The notes under the pieces were generated by a model that was not told the DNA's origin, did not search any database, and was given only the letters and a program-made list of their open reading frames with translations. From Planctomycetota bacterium (GTDB lineage Bacteria > Planctomycetota > UBA1135 > UBA2386), in the NCBI GenBank assembly GCA_046290465.1, contig JBKAGP010000001.1, positions 2,304,001 through 2,368,000 on the forward strand: a DNA stretch of 64,000 nt. The letters run 5' to 3'. Position numbers and translations under genes: made by a program. Shown in pieces: positions 49,311 through 59,365 of this stretch. Position 1 is the first letter of the stretch. Every line of letters starts with the position of its first letter.

Positions 49311-51212
49311 ATGCACCCGACCCGCCTGCTGCCCACCCTGTCCACCTGCTTCTTGACCGTCGCCGTCGCGACCCAGGGCCCGCCGCGCACCGCGCGCGTC
49401 GTTCCCTATCCGATCGACCTGCCGGCCGGCTTCGAGGAGGCGATCGAGAACGGCACCCGCACGCGCAGCGGCCAGCCGGGCCAGAAGCACTGGACCAACT
49501 ACGCGCACTACGACATCGCGCTCGAGGTCGATCCGGAGAACTCGCGCGTGCAGGGCACGGCGAAGATGACCTACGAGAACCGTTCGCCGGACGAACTGCG
49601 CAGCCTGACGATCCACTGCTACCAGGACATGATGAAGGCCGGCACGCAGCGCACGCGCTTCGTGACCGCGACCAACGGCCTGGAGATCGGCAAGGTGATG
49701 GTCGGTGACGATGCCGTGCGCGCCCGCGCGCGCGACACCAAGATGACGATCCGCCTGCGCGAGCGGCTGCAGCCCGGCGAGAAGGTCACCGTCACGATCG
49801 AGTACGGCTTCGACATCCCGCGCGCCGGCACCGCGCCGCGCATGGGCTACGAGGGCGACCGCGTCATCTACCTCGGCTACTGGTATCCGCAGTTCGCCGT
49901 CTACGACGACGTCGAGGGCTGGGTCGCCGACCCCTACCGCGGCAACGGCGAGTTCTACATGGACTACGCCGACTACGACCTCGCGATCACCGCACCCAAC
50001 GGCTACATCGTGCGCGCCACCGGGGTCCTGCAGAACCCCAAGGACGTGCTGACCGAAAAGGCGATGGACCGCCTCGACCAGGCGCGGGAGACCCGCGAGG
50101 TCGTGCACATCGTCGACGCCGACGACCTCGACGCCGGTGAGGCGACCCGGGTGTCGGACAGCGGCAAGCTGACCTGGAAGTTCCACGCCGAGAACGTGCG
50201 CGACGCCGCGGTCAGCCTCGGCCGCACCTACGTCTGGGACGCCACCCACGCCGTCGTGAAGGACAAGCACGGCGCGGGCAAGGACGGTGTCTGCATGATC
50301 CACGCGGTCTACGAGACCAACGCCGGCGACTGGGTGCGCGGCGCCGAGTACGCGCGGCACACGATCGAGTACATGTCCAGGATGGTGCACCCCTACCCGT
50401 GGCCGCACATGACCGCGTGCGAGGGCATCATCGGCGGTGGCATGGAGTACCCGATGATGACGATCATCGGCGGCCGGCGGCCGGCCGGCACGATCGCGCA
50501 CGAGCTGATCCACATGTGGTTCCCGATGCTGCTGGGCAGCAACGAGAAGCGCTACGCGTGGCAGGACGAAGGCTTCACGTCGTTCTGGACGACGCTGTGC
50601 CGCGGCGACTTCCAGAAGCGCACCAACGGGCCGAAGAGCACGCTGCTCAGCGTCGGCGGCGCGATCGGCCGCGGCCGCGACGTCGTCTGCATGCGCCACG
50701 GCGACACCTACGGCACAGACAGCTTCGGCTTCGCCAGCTACAGCAAGCCCGCCGCGATCCTGCACCAGCTGCGCGGCCAGCTCGGCGACGAGACGTTCTT
50801 CCGGGCGTTCCGTGAGTACGCGCGCGACTGGGCGTTCAAGCACCCCTACCCGTACGACTTCTTCCACACGTTCGAGCGCGTCTCGGGCAAGGACCTGCAG
50901 GCCTACTTCCGCACCTGGTTCTTCGAAGCGTGGGCGCTCGATCCGGCCATCGCCGCGGTCGAGGTGACCGACGCCGGCACCAAGGTGGTCGTCGAGGACC
51001 AGGGCCGCGCGGTGCTGCCGACGGTGGTCGAGGTCGTCTACGAGGACGAGAGCCGCAAGCGCCAGACCATCGACGCCGCGACCTGGTGGCGGGGCAAGCG
51101 CGCCGAGCTGACGTTCCCGGGCAAGGCGATCGAGGTGGTGATCGATCCGGACATCACGACGATCGACGCCGACCGCGACAACAACCGCTGGCGCGCCAAC
51201 GCGGGCAAGTAG
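49311..51212 (+). CDS. Secreted M1-family aminopeptidase
   Basis: GGMEYP and HELIH...WQDEG. Signal peptide and AGGA RBS. Confidence 0.9.
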   Translation: MHPTRLLPTLSTCFLTVAVATQGPPRTARVVPYPIDLPAGFEEAIENGTRTRSGQPGQKHWTNYAHYDIALEVDPENSRVQGTAKMTYENRSPDELRSLTIHCYQDMMKAGTQRTRFVTATNGLEIGKVMVGDDAVRARARDTKMTIRLRERLQPGEKVTVTIEYGFDIPRAGTAPRMGYEGDRVIYLGYWYPQFAVYDDVEGWVADPYRGNGEFYMDYADYDLAITAPNGYIVRATGVLQNPKDVLTEKAMDRLDQARETREVVHIVDADDLDAGEATRVSDSGKLTWKFHAENVRDAAVSLGRTYVWDATHAVVKDKHGAGKDGVCMIHAVYETNAGDWVRGAEYARHTIEYMSRMVHPYPWPHMTACEGIIGGGMEYPMMTIIGGRRPAGTIAHELIHMWFPMLLGSNEKRYAWQDEGFTSFWTTLCRGDFQKRTNGPKSTLLSVGGAIGRGRDVVCMRHGDTYGTDSFGFASYSKPAAILHQLRGQLGDETFFRAFREYARDWAFKHPYPYDFFHTFERVSGKDLQAYFRTWFFEAWALDPAIAAVEVTDAGTKVVVEDQGRAVLPTVVEVVYEDESRKRQTIDAATWWRGKRAELTFPGKAIEVVIDPDITTIDADRDNNRWRANAGK

Positions 51213-51227
51213 CCGGGCGCCAGCGGG

Positions 51228-53363
51228 TCAGCGCAGCTGGAACAGCTGCCGGTAGGCGTGCCAGGCCCGTTCGCTGTGGGCGAACTCGTTGACGAACCAG
51301 GCCCACAGGTGACCCAGCGGCTGGTTGTAGGCGCGGGCCTTCGACGCCGACGAGGTCGAGACCAGCTCGAGGTCGCGGCACGTGGTCGCGCCGACCAGCA
51401 GCCGCTGCAGGCGCCGGGCCGATTCGAAGTCCCGCCGGTCCTCGTAGGTGAGCTGGGCCATCGACTCGGCGCACATCGCGAGGCCGAGCGGCCCCTTCTG
51501 GACGATCTGCCGCGCCAGCCCGGAGTCGTACTGGGGCTTGGCCAGCAGCAGGGCGACCTGATCGCGAACGGCCCGCTGGCCCTTGACGTCGTCACCGACG
51601 CCGAACGTCGGCAGCTCGGTCGCCTTCCGTTCGCTCGGCTCGATCGGCGCCTTGGCGCGCAGCCGCGAGATGTGTTCGAGCAGCTGCCGCCGGGCCTCGT
51701 GGCGGTCGCGGTCGGCGAGGCGCGCCCACATCGGCTCCGACGTCGACACGATGCGCCGGTAGCGGCCGGGCACCGAGAACTGGGAGTAGGTGGCGTCGCT
51801 GCCGTAGTGGGTGATCCGGGTGACGTTGCTGCTGTTGGTCTCGGCGACGGCCATGCTCGCGCCACGCGACCGGTCGGCACGCGGGGCCATCGAGCGCGGC
51901 ATCAACATCGAGAACCAGACCGCAGCGAGCGTCACCAGCAGCAGGAACAGCGCTCCGACCGTCCAGGCGATCCGCCGCAGCATCGACGGACCGCGCCGCT
52001 TCAGGTCCTTCGGCGGCGTCACGATCGCGGCCGCGACGTTGATCGCCTCGGAGCGCTTCTGATGGTCCTTCTTCTGCTTGCGCAGCCGCTGCATGACCCG
52101 CCAGCGACGCACGCTGTAGTCGCGGGTCTTGCCCATCGACTTGTCGATCGCCTCGCGCGCCTGCTTGGCGGCCTTGCGGGCGACGACCCCGGCGTCGCGC
52201 ATCGCCTGCCGCGCGACCTCGTTGGCGTGCCGGAACGCCTTGCGCGACGCCGCGGCCATCTCCTTGTACGGGTTCTCGTCGTCGCTCTGCGCCGTGGGGC
52301 CCCCAGGCGGCGGCGGCGGCGGTGACGACGAACGCGGCGGCGGCACGGAGTCGACGGCGACCCCGCCGCGCACTTCGGACAGCGTCGCCGCGCCGGCGCT
52401 GCGCGGCGCGCCGTAGGCCTCGAGCAGTTCGGCGACCGACTCGAAGCGCGCCGCCGGATCCTTGCTGAGGCAGCGCGTCAGCACCGCGCGCTCGAGCTGC
52501 GTCAGGTACGACGGCAGCTCCGGGCTGGCGGTCTCGTGCTTCTTCAGCACCTCCCACTCGCTGTCGCCGGTGAACGGCACCTTGCCGCACAGGATCTCGT
52601 AGAGCATCACGCCGAGCGAGTAGATGTCGCTGCGCTGGTCGCCGCGCCGCTGCAGCATCTCGGGCGCCATGTAGTACGGCGTGCCCCGCCCCATCGACAG
52701 GCTGCCGCGCGAGTGCGTCACCAGCTTGGACAGACCGTAGTCGCCGAGCCGCGCCACGCCGCCCTTCAGGAACACGTTCGCCGGCTTGATGTCGAAGTGC
52801 ACCAGCGAACGTTCGTGCAGCGCCTGCAGCCCGCGCGCCGACTGCAGGAACGCCCGCACCAGCTCGCCCTTCTCGTCCGCCGTCGGCGGCCGGCCCTCCG
52901 GCATCTTGTCGCGCAGCGTCTCGGTGCCCGCAAACGCCATCACCAGATACGGGATCCCGTCGACCTCGCCGCGGTCCTCGATCGACACCAGGTTCGGGTG
53001 GTCGATCTGCGCGAAGTACTTCACCTGCTCCAGCTCCGACAGCACCGCGCGCCGCACCTCGCCGTCGTCCACCTGCAGGAACTTGATCGCGTAGTCCTTG
53101 CCGATCGACATCCGCCGCGCCCGGAACACCAGCCCGAACATCCCGCCACCAAGCTTCGTCGTGATCTCGAAGCCCTCGATGTACGAGGGCTTGCGGTAGT
53201 CGCGGTAGAAGGCCTCCCAGTCGGCAGCGCCAGAAGCCCCAGGTCTGGAGGCTTCAGGTCCGGAGGCCTCAGGTCCGGAGGCCTCAGGGCCGCTCGGCGC
53301 AGCAGGCTCGGGGGCTCCGGGGTCTTCTTCGGTCATCGAGGGGGAGGCGGTCGGGTGGTCCAC
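51228..53363 (-). CDS. Receptor-like Ser/Thr kinase (non-RD), paralog of 30503-32323
   Basis: Near-identical kinase domain (HFDIKPAN, DYG) and one TM helix. The start may be ATG 53336. Confidence 0.9.
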   Translation of the reverse strand: MDHPTASPSMTEEDPGAPEPAAPSGPEASGPEASGPEASRPGASGAADWEAFYRDYRKPSYIEGFEITTKLGGGMFGLVFRARRMSIGKDYAIKFLQVDDGEVRRAVLSELEQVKYFAQIDHPNLVSIEDRGEVDGIPYLVMAFAGTETLRDKMPEGRPPTADEKGELVRAFLQSARGLQALHERSLVHFDIKPANVFLKGGVARLGDYGLSKLVTHSRGSLSMGRGTPYYMAPEMLQRRGDQRSDIYSLGVMLYEILCGKVPFTGDSEWEVLKKHETASPELPSYLTQLERAVLTRCLSKDPAARFESVAELLEAYGAPRSAGAATLSEVRGGVAVDSVPPPRSSSPPPPPPGGPTAQSDDENPYKEMAAASRKAFRHANEVARQAMRDAGVVARKAAKQAREAIDKSMGKTRDYSVRRWRVMQRLRKQKKDHQKRSEAINVAAAIVTPPKDLKRRGPSMLRRIAWTVGALFLLLVTLAAVWFSMLMPRSMAPRADRSRGASMAVAETNSSNVTRITHYGSDATYSQFSVPGRYRRIVSTSEPMWARLADRDRHEARRQLLEHISRLRAKAPIEPSERKATELPTFGVGDDVKGQRAVRDQVALLLAKPQYDSGLARQIVQKGPLGLAMCAESMAQLTYEDRRDFESARRLQRLLVGATTCRDLELVSTSSASKARAYNQPLGHLWAWFVNEFAHSERAWHAYRQLFQLR
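52545..53222 (-). repeat. 678-bp direct repeat, copy 2 (kinase domain)
   Basis: Offset 20938 bp from 31607-32284, with 3 mismatches. Confidence 0.92.
53236..53295 (-). repeat. 15-bp tandem repeat x4 (SGPEA)
   Basis: GCCTCAGGTCCGGAG-like units on the + strand. Confidence 0.85.
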
Positions 53364-53478
53364 GAAGGCCCGCCGCTACGACCGGCCTGCGGAAGATTGG
53401 CAGATCGCCCAAAAACGATCCGGCCCCCATCGTGGGACAGGCAAGGCCCACCGTAAAGGCCGTCGCTACGATCGCGGC

Positions 53479-53946
53479 ATGAAGCCGACTCCCCCGGGCT
53501 GGCCGCGGCTCAGCGTGGCCGCGTTCTACGACGACCCTCGCGCGGCGATCGACTGGCTGTGCGGCGCGTTCGGGTTTGCCGTGCGGATCCTGGTCGACGG
53601 GCCCGACGGCGCGGTGATGCACAGCGAACTCGAGTACGGCGAGGCCGTGATCATGGTCGCCGGCGCCACGCCCCCGCAAGGCCGCGCATCCGACGCCTGG
53701 CGCGCACGGCTGGCCAGCCCGTCGCTGGCCGGTGCCAGGGTCACGGCCAACTTCGCGCTCTACGTCGACGACGTCGACGCGCACTGCGCAACGGCACGCG
53801 CACACGGCGCCGAGGTGGTGTCGGAGCCGCAGGACGTCGACTACGGCCCCGAACACTGGAGCGACCGCAACTACTGCGCGCTCGACCTCGAGGGCCACGT
53901 CTGGTGGTTCATGCAGCGGCTGTCGACCGGCGGCAGCCCCGCCTGA
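53479..53946 (+). CDS. VOC/glyoxalase family protein
   Basis: AAIDWLCGAFGF, MHSEL, YVDDVDAH and DLEGHVWWF. Confidence 0.9.
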   Translation: MKPTPPGWPRLSVAAFYDDPRAAIDWLCGAFGFAVRILVDGPDGAVMHSELEYGEAVIMVAGATPPQGRASDAWRARLASPSLAGARVTANFALYVDDVDAHCATARAHGAEVVSEPQDVDYGPEHWSDRNYCALDLEGHVWWFMQRLSTGGSPA

Positions 53947-53953
53947 GCGCAGT

Positions 53954-54280
53954 TCAGTGCTTCGGGCACGCGCACGGCGCGGCCTTGCAGCGCGGGCAGC
54001 CGTCGCCGTACTTCTTGCGGCCGATCGCCTCGAGGTCGATGCCGTGGATCGAGGCCAGCGTCGCCAACCAGGCGAACACGTCGCCGAACTCCTCCTCGAG
54101 GTTGTCGCGGTCCTTGGCCCCGCGCCGGATCGCGCGCACCAGCTCGCCGACCTCCTCGCAGAACCACAGCAGCGTCTTGTCCGAGCCGCGCTCGTCGTCG
54201 CGCTCGAAGTAGATGTCCTCGATCAGCCGCTGGAACGAGCCCTCGGGTGCGCGACCGCCCGGCGGGTTCGGCGCGCTCAT
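53954..54280 (-). CDS. MazG-like nucleotide pyrophosphohydrolase
   Basis: EEVGEL, EEEFGDVFAWL and C-terminal CPRC...CAC. Confidence 0.88.
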   Translation of the reverse strand: MSAPNPPGGRAPEGSFQRLIEDIYFERDDERGSDKTLLWFCEEVGELVRAIRRGAKDRDNLEEEFGDVFAWLATLASIHGIDLEAIGRKKYGDGCPRCKAAPCACPKH

Positions 54281-55398
54281 TCCTGGCTTTCCTTCTTCAC
54301 CGTGATCAGCACGACGTCCTCGCGCAGGCCGTCGTCACCGGCATCCTGCTCGATCGAGCCCAGCACCATGTTCATGAACATGTTGGTGTGGCGCGGCGAG
54401 TGCTGCGGCAGCAGGTCGAGCAGGCCCTCGGAGCGCAGCAGCGCCTCGTTGCCGAACACCAGCCGGATGCCGGGGCTCATCTCGATCTCCTGCGGGCGCA
54501 GCGACTTCTCGAACACCGGGCCGTCGTCGAGGCCGAGCGCGATGCCTTCGGCGTTGAGCTCGAGCACCTCGCCGCGCTGGCAGATCAGCAGCGGCGTGTG
54601 CGAGCCGGCCTGGTAGAGCTTGCAGCCGCCCTCGTGCATCTGCAGCAGCGTCGCGACCGCACACGCGCCCGACGGCAGGTGCTTCTTCATCACCTTGTTG
54701 GTGTGCGCCAGCGCGCGGCGCGGCGTGGCGCCCTGCTGCAGGGCGCGCTCGAGTTCGTCGCGGGCGAGGCGGCAGGCGTAGACCGAGATCGGCCCCTGCC
54801 CCTCGGCGGTGACCACGTAGGCGACCGCCTGGCTCTGGTCCTCTGGGTTGACGACGACGTCGAAGTAGTCGAGGCCGCCGCGCGAGCCGTTGCTGATCGC
54901 GGCATCGACCTCGAAGCCCGGCACCCGCGGCGGCGCGTTCGGAACGGTCTTGTCGCGCAGCTGCTTGACCAGCGGATCCATCGACGCCGGCGCGCCGCCG
55001 GCCTCGTCCTGTTCGCTGAGCAGCGCGGCGAGGTCGCTGGCCAGGTACTGCACCGAGCTGCCGAGCTTGGTGACCTCGTCGTTGCCGTCGAAGCGCACGC
55101 GCACCTCGCTGCCGCCGCGCCCGAGCTTGCTGACCGCCAGCTGGATGTCGGTGATGCGGGTGGCGACCTTGCCGCCGAACATCCACGCGGCACCGCCGCA
55201 CAGCACGCCGCACAGCAGCGACAGGCCGAGGCCGACCTGCCAGCCCTTGCTGACCGCATCGGCGTCCTCGATCGACGACGCGAGGTTCTGCACGACCGCA
55301 ACGGTCACCAGGAAGCCGCCGAGCAGGCCGGCGATGGCGCACATGATGGCCAGGTTGCGGGCGAGACTACCGGTCGACTTGCTGCCTTTGCGTGCCAT
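54277..55398 (-). CDS. Membrane HAMP + SpoIIE/RsbU-like PP2C domain protein (degenerate)
   Basis: Two TMs and a HAMP domain (NDEVTKL). GGLDYFD, QAGSHTPLL, GIALGL and REDVVLI. Confidence 0.8.
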   Translation of the reverse strand: MARKGSKSTGSLARNLAIMCAIAGLLGGFLVTVAVVQNLASSIEDADAVSKGWQVGLGLSLLCGVLCGGAAWMFGGKVATRITDIQLAVSKLGRGGSEVRVRFDGNDEVTKLGSSVQYLASDLAALLSEQDEAGGAPASMDPLVKQLRDKTVPNAPPRVPGFEVDAAISNGSRGGLDYFDVVVNPEDQSQAVAYVVTAEGQGPISVYACRLARDELERALQQGATPRRALAHTNKVMKKHLPSGACAVATLLQMHEGGCKLYQAGSHTPLLICQRGEVLELNAEGIALGLDDGPVFEKSLRPQEIEMSPGIRLVFGNEALLRSEGLLDLLPQHSPRHTNMFMNMVLGSIEQDAGDDGLREDVVLITVKKESQE

Positions 55399-55530
55399 GT
55401 TCGGCGCGCATCATCGCCCACCAACGGCCGACGCGCACCCGGTAGATGCGGCAACTTTGTGCCGCGACGCCGCGACCGGCGCCGGATCGGGCAGGATGCA
55501 CCGCGCGCGGGTCGCGCCCGTTCGCAGGGC

Positions 55531-56046
55531 TCAGGCGAGGATCGGCAGCGCCAAGGGCATCGTCAGCCACAGCGCGATGCCGGCGTAGAGGCCGGCGACC
55601 TGGTCGTCGGCCATGATGCCCCAGGCGCCCGGCAGCAGCTCGAGGCGGTTGCACGGGTAGAGCTTGAGCACGTCGAAGACGCGGAACCAGCCGAACGCGC
55701 CGACGTGCGCGATCCAGCCGGGCAGCGCCGGGCCGGTTTCGAACAGGTCGAGCCGGGCCAGCAGCACGAACGTGATCAACGTCACCAGGTGGCCGACGAC
55801 CTCGTCGAGCACGAACGCGCCCGGGTCCTTCTTCGGCCACGTGCGGGCCACGTAGAGCGTCTGCTTGCAGCCCCAGAAGAACAGCAGCACCGCCACGATC
55901 GACCACGACAGCACCAGGTGCTCGGGCAGCAGCCATTGCAGCAGCAGGGCGAGGCCGACGCCGCCGAGCGTGCCGACGGTGCCGGGGGCGACCGGCGACA
56001 GACCGAGGCCGCCGCTCGTGATCAGGAACCAGCGGATCGCGTCCAC
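55531..56046 (-). CDS. pgpA: Phosphatidylglycerophosphatase A
   Basis: APGTVGT, DPGAFVLDEVVG, FRVFDVLK and GIMADD. Confidence 0.93.
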   Translation of the reverse strand: MDAIRWFLITSGGLGLSPVAPGTVGTLGGVGLALLLQWLLPEHLVLSWSIVAVLLFFWGCKQTLYVARTWPKKDPGAFVLDEVVGHLVTLITFVLLARLDLFETGPALPGWIAHVGAFGWFRVFDVLKLYPCNRLELLPGAWGIMADDQVAGLYAGIALWLTMPLALPILA

Positions 56047-56047
56047 G

Positions 56048-56638
56048 TCAGGCGGCGCCCTTCAGGATCAGCTGCCGGGCCTTGATGCAGTAGTTGAGGC
56101 CGCTGACGACGGTCAGCACGAGGCTGACCCAGAAGCCGACTTCGGCGGCCCACAGCAGGCGGTCGCTGCCGCCGACCATCGTGAGCAGCGCCCCGACCGT
56201 CCAGCACTGCGCGACCATCTTCCACTTGCCCAGCCGATCGGCTCCGAAGGCCTGGCCGGTCGACTCGACGTAGCCGCGGATCGCGGTGACCAGGAACTCG
56301 CGCGCAATCACGATGACGACGTACCAGTGCGTCAGCACCGCCGTCGCCGCCGGCAGCCGCAGCAGCGAGATCATCGTGCCGGCGATCAGGATCTTGTCGG
56401 CGAACGGGTCGGCGATGCGGCCGAACGCCGTCACCATGTTCCACTTGCGCGCCAGGTAGCCGTCGAGGAAGTCGGTGATCGCCGCGACCAGGAACAGCCA
56501 GAACGCGACGATGGCCAGCTTGCCGTTGTTCGCTTCGGTGCCGACGCTGTTGGTCTCCGGGTCGATCAGCTCGAGGCACAGGAACACGAAGACCGTCATG
56601 ACCAGACGGATCATCGTGATCGTGTTGGGGATGTTCAT
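56048..56638 (-). CDS. pgsA: CDP-diacylglycerol--glycerol-3-phosphate 3-phosphatidyltransferase
   Basis: NIPNTIT and TDFLDGYLAR...FGRIADPFADK. Confidence 0.93.
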   Translation of the reverse strand: MNIPNTITMIRLVMTVFVFLCLELIDPETNSVGTEANNGKLAIVAFWLFLVAAITDFLDGYLARKWNMVTAFGRIADPFADKILIAGTMISLLRLPAATAVLTHWYVVIVIAREFLVTAIRGYVESTGQAFGADRLGKWKMVAQCWTVGALLTMVGGSDRLLWAAEVGFWVSLVLTVVSGLNYCIKARQLILKGAA

Positions 56639-57999
56639 GGCTGCGAGGTCGGGTCGTCGACGACCTCGCCGACCCATTCATAGTCACCAGCCGAGGTGAT
56701 CTTCGCACGCACGAGATCGCCCGGAGCGGCGGATTCCTTGGCCAGCAGCACGCGGCCGTCGACCTCCGGCGCGTCGGCATAGGTGCGGCCGACGGCGAAC
56801 TCGCCGCTCTCGTCGTAACCGTCGACCAGCACGTCGAGCGTCTGCCCCACCTTCGAGGCGTGGAAGCCGCGCATGATCTCGAGCTGCATGCCCATCAGCT
56901 GCTCGGCGCGCTCCTCGGCGACCTCCTGCGGGACCTGGTCGTCCATGTCGTGCGCCGGCGTGTCCTCCTCGCGCGAGTACGGGAACACGCCGAGCCGCTC
57001 GAAGCGGTAGTCGCGAACCAGCGCCTGCAGCTCTTCGAAGTCCTGCTCGGTCTCGCCCGGGAAGCCGGTGATCAGCGTCGAGCGCACCGCGATGCCGGGC
57101 ACCTCGTCGCGCAGCCGATCGAGGATGCCGCGCACCTGCTCGCTCTTCACGCCGCGCTTCATCGCGCGCAGCATCGGCGAACTGATGTGCTGGATCGGGA
57201 TGTCGAGGTACTTGACGGCCTTCGCATGCTCTCGCAAGAACGTCGTCAGCTCCGGCAGCACCGTGTGCGGGTAGGCATACATCAGCCGCACCCACTCGAT
57301 GCCGTCGACCTCGGCCAGGCGCTCGAGCAGCACGTGGATCAGCCGCTTCCGCTCGCTGTCCATGCCGTAGTGCGTGCTGTCCTCGGCGACGACCACCAGC
57401 TCCTTGATGCCGGCGGCAGCGAGGCTCTCGGCCTCCTCCACCAGCACCGGGATCGGCTTGCTGCGGTTGCGGCCGCGCATGCTCGGGATCGCGCAGAACG
57501 TGCAGGTGTGGTCGCAGCCCTCGGAGATGCGCAGGTAGGCGAAGCTCGCGGGCGTCAGCAGGCAGCGCTTCTGGTCGCTGCGCGGGCCCTTCGGCTTGCC
57601 GCCGTCGACCGTCGCGGTCCAGCGACGTTCGCTGCCGTTGACGATCTTGCGCACGACGTTCGGCACGCCCGAGTAGTCGGACAGGCCGAACACGCCGTCG
57701 AGCTCCGGGATCTGCTCCTTGAGCTGCTCGCCGTAGCGCTGCGCCAGGCAGCCGACGGCGATCACGCCCTTGAGGTTGGCCTCCTCCTTGAGCGCGGCGA
57801 CCGACAGGATCGTGTCGATCGACTCCTGCTTGGCGGTCTCGATGAACCCGCAGGTGTTGACGACGACGACGTCGGCGTCCTCGGCGTCGGAGACGACCTG
57901 CAGGCCCTCTTCGACGACGTGGCCCAGCAGCACCTCGGAATCGACGAGGTTGCGGGCGCAGCCGAGGCTGACCATGGAAACGCGGATGGCTTCGTTCAA
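56635..57999 (-). CDS. rimO: Ribosomal protein S12 methylthiotransferase
   Basis: SLGCARNLVDSE, NTCGFI, CDHTCTFC and DAPEVDG. Confidence 0.95.
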   Translation of the reverse strand: MNEAIRVSMVSLGCARNLVDSEVLLGHVVEEGLQVVSDAEDADVVVVNTCGFIETAKQESIDTILSVAALKEEANLKGVIAVGCLAQRYGEQLKEQIPELDGVFGLSDYSGVPNVVRKIVNGSERRWTATVDGGKPKGPRSDQKRCLLTPASFAYLRISEGCDHTCTFCAIPSMRGRNRSKPIPVLVEEAESLAAAGIKELVVVAEDSTHYGMDSERKRLIHVLLERLAEVDGIEWVRLMYAYPHTVLPELTTFLREHAKAVKYLDIPIQHISSPMLRAMKRGVKSEQVRGILDRLRDEVPGIAVRSTLITGFPGETEQDFEELQALVRDYRFERLGVFPYSREEDTPAHDMDDQVPQEVAEERAEQLMGMQLEIMRGFHASKVGQTLDVLVDGYDESGEFAVGRTYADAPEVDGRVLLAKESAAPGDLVRAKITSAGDYEWVGEVVDDPTSQP

Positions 58000-58042
58000 G
58001 GTGAGCCTCGGCCGGTTGGGGCCCCGTTCGGGGCCGGCCCGA

Positions 58043-58495
58043 TCACTCGGGCTTCTGTTGCACGACCCAGACCTTGATCGCCGTCTCGACGTCCGCGTGC
58101 AGGTGGACCGTGACGTCGTAGACGCCGATCTCCTTCAGCGGGTTGTCGAGGCGGACCATCTTGTCGTCGACCGGGACGTCCTTCTCGCGCAGCGCGGCGG
58201 CGATCTGCGAGGCGTTGACCGAACCGAACAGGTGACCGTCTTCGTTGGCCTTGCCTTCGATCGTCACGGACACGTCGGCGAGCTTCTGGCCCAGGTCCTT
58301 GAGGCCCTGCAGGCGCGCCTCTTCGTCGGCGAGGGCCTGCGCGCGGGCGCGCTCGACCTCGGCCATGTTGCTCTTGGTGACGAGCACGGCCATGCCGCGC
58401 GGCAACAGGAAGTTGCGCGCGTAGCCCGGCTTGACGTCGACGACGTCACCGGTGCGGCCGAGGTGCTCCACGTTTTGCTTCAGCAGGAGTTCCAT
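58043..58495 (-). CDS. rplI: 50S ribosomal protein L9
   Basis: VKPGYARNFLLP and LFGSV. Confidence 0.97.
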   Translation of the reverse strand: MELLLKQNVEHLGRTGDVVDVKPGYARNFLLPRGMAVLVTKSNMAEVERARAQALADEEARLQGLKDLGQKLADVSVTIEGKANEDGHLFGSVNASQIAAALREKDVPVDDKMVRLDNPLKEIGVYDVTVHLHADVETAIKVWVVQQKPE

Positions 58496-58499
58496 AGCT

Positions 58500-58793
58500 C
58501 TACATCCTCCCGACGAACGGCAGCAGGCCCACGATGCGGGCGCGCTTGATGGCGGAGGCCAGCTTGCGCTGGTTCTGGCCCGAGAAGCCGGTGCGCTTGC
58601 GCGACTGGATGCGGCCGTTCGGCGACAAGAACTTCGACAGGTACGCGACGTTCTTGTAGTCCAGCGGCTCTTCCGGCTCGACGATCTTGCGGCGGCTGAA
58701 ACGACCGAAGCGGCTGCGGCGCGGCGCGCCGGGCGTCGTCGACGGCTTCGACTCCGTCTTCTCCTCGGTCTTGGCGGGTTCGTTGGCGGTCAT
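58500..58793 (-). CDS. rpsR: 30S ribosomal protein S18
   Basis: LDYKN, RKRTG and AIKRAR..GLLPF. Confidence 0.96.
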   Translation of the reverse strand: MTANEPAKTEEKTESKPSTTPGAPRRSRFGRFSRRKIVEPEEPLDYKNVAYLSKFLSPNGRIQSRKRTGFSGQNQRKLASAIKRARIVGLLPFVGRM

Positions 58794-59365
58794 TACTTGT
58801 CCTCCTCACCGTCGGTCTTGGCGGCGGGTTCGGCGGCCTCGGCCTTCGCTTCCTCGGCGGCGGCGTCGCCTTCGGCCTTCTCGCCTTCCTTGGGCTCACC
58901 ATCCTTGGCGTCACCATCCTTGGCGTCACCGTCCTTGGCATCACCGTCCTTGGCGTCACCTTCGGCCTTCTCGCCTTCGGCGGCCGGCTCTTCCTCGACC
59001 TCCGGAGCATCGTCCTCCGGGATCGCGTTGACGTCGAACTCGGCCTCGGGCTCGTAGGCGTCGGCCGGGATGTCGTCACACTCGGTGATCATGTAGCGGA
59101 GCATCGACTCGTCGAACTCCAGCTCACGACGGATCGCCGGCAGCGTCTGCGTGTCGGCCGAGAAGTAGAGCAGCAGGTAGGTCGCGCGCTGCTGGCCCTT
59201 GATCGGGTAGGCGAGGCGACGCTCGTCCCAGCGGCGGTTGCTGAGGACCTTGGCCTCGTGCTTGGTGAACAGGCCGGCGACCGCTTCCTTCAGCGGTTCC
59301 CAGCCCTTGCGTACCTCCGTGTTGTCGAGGAGGCACATGCATTCGTAGTTGCGGGTGCGGTTCAA
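58793..59365 (-). CDS. rpsF: 30S ribosomal protein S6 with long acidic tail
   Basis: RNYE, WDERRLAYPIK and LRYMI. TTG start after GGGAGA. Confidence 0.93.
   Translation of the reverse strand: MNRTRNYECMCLLDNTEVRKGWEPLKEAVAGLFTKHEAKVLSNRRWDERRLAYPIKGQQRATYLLLYFSADTQTLPAIRRELEFDESMLRYMITECDDIPADAYEPEAEFDVNAIPEDDAPEVEEEPAAEGEKAEGDAKDGDAKDGDAKDGDAKDGEPKEGEKAEGDAAAEEAKAEAAEPAAKTDGEEDK
58887..58961 (-). repeat. 15-bp tandem repeat x5 (GDAKD)
   Basis: TCCTTGGCGTCACCR-like units on the + strand. Confidence 0.9.
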
